Source: Octopus vulgaris
Lineage: Eukaryota
DNA: 64,000 nt
Direction: 5' to 3'
Assembly (NCBI GenBank): GCA_951406725.2
Contig: OX597825.1
Span: forward strand, 64,294,001 to 64,358,000
Numbering within the stretch: the first letter of the stretch is position 1; each line of letters starts with the position of its first letter. Shown in pieces: positions 57,879 to 64,000 of this stretch. Below the pieces are notes generated by a model. It saw nothing but the letters and a program-made list of their open reading frames with translations, had not been told where the DNA came from and did no database searches. The position numbers and the translations under genes were made by a program.

Positions 57879-58117
57879 TGGCGTAGAAGTGGCTGTGTGG
57901 TAAGTAGCTTCCTTACCAAACACATGTTTCTGGGTTCAGTCCCACTGCGTGGCACCTTGGGCAAGTGTCTTCTACTATAGCCTCGAGCCGGCCAAAGCCT
58001 TGTGAGTGGATATGGTAGACATAAACTGAAAGAAGCCTGTCGTATATATGTATATATATATATATGTATATATATATATACATACATACACACACACACA
58101 TATATATATATACATAC

Positions 58118-58189
<72 letters not shown>

Positions 58190-58358
58190 ATATATATGTA
58201 TGTGTGTCTGTGTCCCCGTAACATAGCGGTTCGGCAAAAGAGACCGATAGAATAAGTACTAGGCTTACAAGTAATAAGTCCTGAGTCTCTTTGCTCGACT
58301 AAAGGCGGTGATCCGGCATGGCCGCAGTCAAATGCCTGAAACAACTAAAATAATAAAG
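57879..58358 (+). mobile_element. SINE family A with expanded internal microsatellite
   Basis: Homology to the other copies. Confidence 0.9.
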
Positions 58359-58682
58359 GAGCAATGTTATCATTCACTGTGTAAATGTTCTTAACCAGCA
58401 TTAGATATATGAAGCTTGGTTGAAACAATGGAAATAGGGATAACATATCTATGCAGCCGTAAGGTGCAGTAGCATGAGGGGTCACTGTACCGTTTTGCAA
58501 AGAAGTGTACAGAAGCAGTTTCTTCAGTAAGTCCTATTTGTTCAAATGAACGTACAAATATGAAAAATTTCCGTACTGACTTACGTCAATATTTAAACAA
58601 AAAACACACGTTTGTGTATCTGTCTCACTTCCTCTCTGTCACATATATATATTTATATATATATATATATATATATATAGAG

Positions 58683-58729
<47 letters not shown>

Positions 58730-60120
58730 CATATGTGTGTTTGTATATAATCTTGTATATATTATCTTATATATATATATATGTGTGTGTGCATGTGTGT
58801 GCGTGAGTGTGTATACATATGTGGAATATATTAATATATATACATACATATATATATATATATGTGTATTTATTATTTATAATTATATATCCATACATAT
58901 GTATGTGTACATATGTATACTATGTCTCCACATATATATATATAATGTGTATGTATGTATTTATCGGTGTCCGAGTGTGTTTGTGTGTGTACGTACATAT
59001 GTATATGCAAAATTATTTTGGTGTATGCAATTATATTACACTTTTTCTTTTAGCTAGATTAATATTATTTTTTTTATATTTCGCCATAAAGTTTAAATGT
59101 ATAAAGTTTATGAATCTAATGTTTATAGATTCTATTATAACTATATACATCAAAAATACTGTCAGATAATTTATATATACACACAGAATTTCCACAGCAA
59201 AAGTTATAAATTGCCCCAGGAGAAAATAAACAAATTAACACTATGAAGGCAAAAAAAAATCAAATGAATTATCATAATGAATTGAATAAATATATATAAT
59301 ACAGATGATGAGCTAAAACACGAAACATATTATAAAAGTAAGAAGAGGTCCATGAGCCACAAGTTCATTTTGTAAACTTATTGTAGGCGTTGAAGTTCAT
59401 AGTTCAGTAAGGCGAATCACAACGTAAAACACTCATGAGACGTACAAAGAGTTAGCAGTAAATAAATTTCAAATGAGGCTGTAAATTTGTATGAGGTTGA
59501 TAAGAGGTTATGGTATTGACGTATAAAATAAAAGCGAATGTAACAAGTTTGTATGATAAATTATACAGCCAAAAAGAAGAATGCGGCTTGTTGGAGTCAT
59601 CTTCAGTTTTCTATCGCAACACACGGCCGCATGTGGAATTATTCAGAAGTTATTTGCAACTCCGAGCCCTTATTGATGTATTTACATGCATATTTAATAC
59701 ATTTTATAGGGTTGTATGACTCGACATTCACATGGGCCTGCAATGTTTTAGACAGCAATAGGGCACGATCCATCTGTTGTCAATTTGCATCCCTAGACCA
59801 TTACTTTGAATCTGGTAGTGTGCAAGTTGATCAAAGGGAAATGAATGGGTTATTTCCCTTGGCCAGGAGAATAAATGGGTTATTTTCCTTGGCCGTTAAC
59901 GGAAAAGATATAGATGTGATCTATTCTAGGGATCCTAGCGATCCAATTATAGACTTTTATTAAACTCCTATGAGCCTAGTAACAAACTGGATGTTAATTT
60001 AACAGGTTTGAAAATTTTCACGAAAATTCGTTGACGGGTGTAGACGGCAACTTAACACAAAACAGACATCGAAACACACAATTTGCGTTTATATATGTAT
60101 GTATATATATATAGATTTAC

Positions 60121-60180
<60 letters not shown>

Positions 60181-60289
60181 GTATATGTACAAATATATAT
60201 AGTGAGAATTTACGAAAAAAACAAAAGACGAAGACGGGTTTATAAACAACAAACAGATGTATTAGTTTAACGTTCGAGAAGTGTGAAAG

Positions 60290-60328
60290 TCTTTTATGTT
60301 TCGAGCCAACGCTCTTCAACAGAAAAGA
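60290..60328 (-). ncRNA. Variant hammerhead-like motif
   Basis: tctttt-CTGTTGAA-GAGC gttg GCTC-GAAA-C-ATA-aaaga. Non-canonical core and essentially no stem III. Confidence 0.4.
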
Positions 60329-60414
60329 ACACAGAAATAAACAGAAAGAGAAAATAAAAAAGGTTTAGTGGCTAGCGATCTATCCTGGCGATCTATCATA
60401 TATGTACGTGTGTG

Positions 60415-60899
60415 TGTGTGCGTGGGTAAATTGTCTCCATGTAAACTCATTTAATTTCGCGCATGCGCCGCATTGTTTGTTTTTGGATTTTGTCAGCTAC
60501 ACATAATAATAAGGTCAGTTGGGCACCATCTGTGAGGAAAATGCACCATGACGCTGCGCTGTTTGGCATTCGTGCCGGTAGCTCCAAGGTGGTTGCGTGT
60601 CAATTTGAGAACAATGCAATCTGAGGACATGTACAGCACGTAAAGTTGAACTGAAGGCAAGAATAAAGGCAGAATTCATCAACTTAAACAAGGAGATGGT
60701 CCAGAACAGTTGCGGGAGATTCCGAAGTCGTCTGGAGGCCAGGGTTGAAGCCAATGGCGATTTTATTGAATAAATTTCCTCTTTAGTATATAAAAAAACA
60801 ATTTATGTAATTTTGGTAAATATATCTATTAAAATGAGGTGTCAGTGTTATTTTCAATTCTGCGTTATTTAGACGACGATTTATTCACCATACTTTGTA
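60415..60899 (+). mobile_element. Internally deleted Tc1/mariner-superfamily element
   Basis: Transposase C-terminus FINLNKEMVQNSCGRFRSRLEARVEANGDFIE* (~60675-60773). Degenerate TIR pair ggtaaattgtctcc / gacgacgatttattcacc. Confidence 0.65.
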
Positions 60900-60977
60900 T
60901 GTGTGTGTGTTTGTGTGTATGTACTTGTGTATACTTGTATATACACACACAGATGTATAAAAACACGTATATACACA

Positions 60978-61031
<54 letters not shown>

Positions 61032-61709
61032 AAAGAATGTATGCATGCGTACGTGTATATTTGTATGTATATTTATATAGCTTCATACGTTTATATACGT
61101 ATGTTTTTTCTGCTTGTGAATGTGTGCGTTTGTGTATTAGTATCGTATGTATGCATGTAATGAAAATGCATTCGTCAAATCGAGAACAATTTGGAGAAGA
61201 CATACCCCAAGAGCACTTGGAGTGAACTCAGAAATTCAAGCTCGCTTTCAGAGCTTCTTTGTTGCGTGTCTACGCTCGGACCTACAAGTTCACTATCTTA
61301 TATTAACTATTTATACTGTTCACATATAAATGGAGAAAACATATCTCGAGTATCGTGGGTAGCTTATATATATTAGGCATCAGAACTTCATCCGGACTTG
61401 TTTCAGCGGTCCCAGAGGACTGTGATTGAAAGAGAAATATATGGGATATTGCTTTAATAATCTTAAAGAAGTTATTAAACCTGAAGAATTTAATCCACTT
61501 ATATTTTTCCGGTGAAATACTGACGCAGGCATCCGCTATCACATTTATGTTTAAATATATCGTTTCTTCTTCCTTTTCAAGTTAACTATTTTCCTTCCAT
61601 GTCCTCCCCTACTAATTATTCGTCTATTTTTCGTTTACATCTTCATATTTTTCTCCTTTTCTGTGATCTCCTCCCCTTTCTCACGTTATCATTATTAGTA
61701 TCAACGTCA

Positions 61710-62170
<461 letters not shown>

Positions 62171-62239
62171 ATTAAGTCGGTGAGCTGGCAGAACCGTTAG
62201 TACGCCGGGCGAAATGCTTCTGGACAGTAGTGTACAGGG

Positions 62240-62990
62240 AAAAACCACGTAAGTTAACAGGTTAAATGGTCTTTTTCTTCTAAATATGGATAGTGGTTTG
62301 GGGTCTTCACTCCATTATTGATTTCGGTAGAGCATTGACTATTTTCTAAGAAGCATTAAATTCCTCCGAGAATGCTATATAGAAAAGAAAAAAATTCGTA
62401 GAAGCGTTCGGTTGTGCACAATAGGTAAAATGTTTCAGTTTTAGGCCCAATTTGCGTGTTTTTATGAGATGATTGTAGGTGGGAATTTTAGTGTTTGTCT
62501 GCTGAAGTTGTACTTAATTTTGCTCGCGCTCCTCTATCTTTGCAGACGTTCGTCAAACCGGTGTTTCTGGCAGCTTCGAGCAGGTAACATGTGATGGTAT
62601 GGATTTTTCATCATAATGCAGTGTTGTTTAAGTATCTGAATGCTAAATCGTCGTACTTACTCTTATCTAGAATGCATAATTCTTTCTCTTACTCTGAAGG
62701 TAAATATATAAGTTGTTGTTTTGTGGGGTTTTATAAAAGGTTTTTATAAAATGAGGTATTTGGATCTATAGCTATATAGAATGGAAGAGAAATATTTTCG
62801 TAAGTTGTTGAAAATGGAATTTTAACTTTCGTAAGCTTAACGTTAAGTTTGATGTTAGCTGAGGAGTTTAGTAGACGAATTTAGAAATAGTGTTTCGTGG
62901 ATGGTGAGGGAGTAGGGCTTCAAAACCGATATTCGTATTAGTTGGTATACTGTTCAGCAAATCTAGCTTCTATATCAAGTTGTATCTTGT
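62240..62990 (-). mobile_element. Decayed Penelope-type reverse transcriptase N-terminal fragment
   Basis: Minus strand ELCILDKSKYDDLAFRYLNN and NTKIPTYNHLIKTRK resemble the PLE RT motifs (D/E)K..(V/I)xxDKxxY and PxFYxLxKxHK. Confidence 0.55.
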
Positions 62991-63737
62991 CATTAAATCA
63001 CTAACATGAAATGAATGGAGACAAAGATTTAATAAGACAAGAATTATAGTAAACTACCGGGTGGCCCGCAGAGAGACTCAACGTACGAATCGCACACTTC
63101 AGACATTTTCTAAGTAGGTTCCTAACTAAAAACAGACCACCGCACAAGGTCATTTGCACGTTACTCGGATCAGTATTGAGAACGTATATCTGCAGTTCAA
63201 CGTGTTGTATAAAATCTCATGTAGTAAATGCTGTGGATCATATATTACAAGTAGCACCTGACTGATGTTCATCCAAATCAGAGAGTGCATCCCTACTGAT
63301 GCTTTAGCTGACCGTTTAATAAATTGCCTGTGGAAATGCCACACTCATGATTCTAGTTTTCCGTCGGCTGCTAGGTACGTTACAATGGGAAACTCACAGT
63401 AACCATATTCGTTATTAACAACAGAACAGAAATACTTGCAGTAGATTGGTTATTATAGCAATGCTAACTTGCACATGAAAGCAAACCTCCTTACACGCGT
63501 GCGCGCACACACACTCACAAACACACTCACAGGTATACACACACGTTGCTTTATAAGAAGGAAAGAAAGGACGAACGAAAGAAAGAAAGAAAGAAGGAAA
63601 GAAAGATAGAAAGATAGAAAGAAGGAAAGAAAGAAAAAAGAAAGAAAGAGGGAAGTATAAGTGAGAAAGTGAGAAATAAATAGTTTGTGAAGAAAGAAAG
63701 ATAATAGTTTGTAAAGAAACAAAGATGAGGAGAATGA

Positions 63738-64000
63738 AGGCAGTGAGTTGGCAGAATCGTTAGCACACCGGGCGAAATGCTTTGTGGTATCTCGTCAGCC
63801 GCTGCGTTCTGAGTTCAAATTCCGCCGAGGTCGAGTTTGCCTTTCATCCTTTCGGGGTCGATAAATTAAGAACCAGTTACGCACTGGAGTCGATGTAATC
63901 GATTTAATCCGTTTGTCTGTGTTTATCCTCAATATGTTTAGCCCTTTGTGGTTAATAAAGAAATAAGAATCGTTAGCACGCCGTTTGTCTGCCGTTACGT
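63738..64000 (+). mobile_element. SINE family D
   Basis: Homology to 26376-26600. Confidence 0.88.

Overview
AT-rich eukaryotic, repeat-dominated DNA with no supportable host gene. The tRNA-derived SINE families resemble those of octopod cephalopods; that assignment is inference. Almost all of the ORF track is translated (TA)n/(CA)n/(ATCT)n/(GA)n microsatellite. Recognisable content: about 20 SINE copies from 4 families, decayed Tc1/mariner elements (a full-length mariner, a DD41D-type element, MITE-like derivatives), RTE and CR1-type LINE fragments, and Penelope-like element (PLE) material. The main observation is a recurrent architecture: (TA)n - outer extension - inverted arm - loop or 5'-truncated body - arm - (TA)n. 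It appears at 0.1-0.35 kb (fold-back hairpins), 2.4 kb (young GIY-YIG element with ~515-bp inverted arms, each carrying a minimal hammerhead ribozyme) and ~5.9 kb (old GIY-YIG element split by a mariner). Several minimal or variant hammerhead cores sit next to microsatellites. Three 107-190 bp local direct duplications look like templated insertions.
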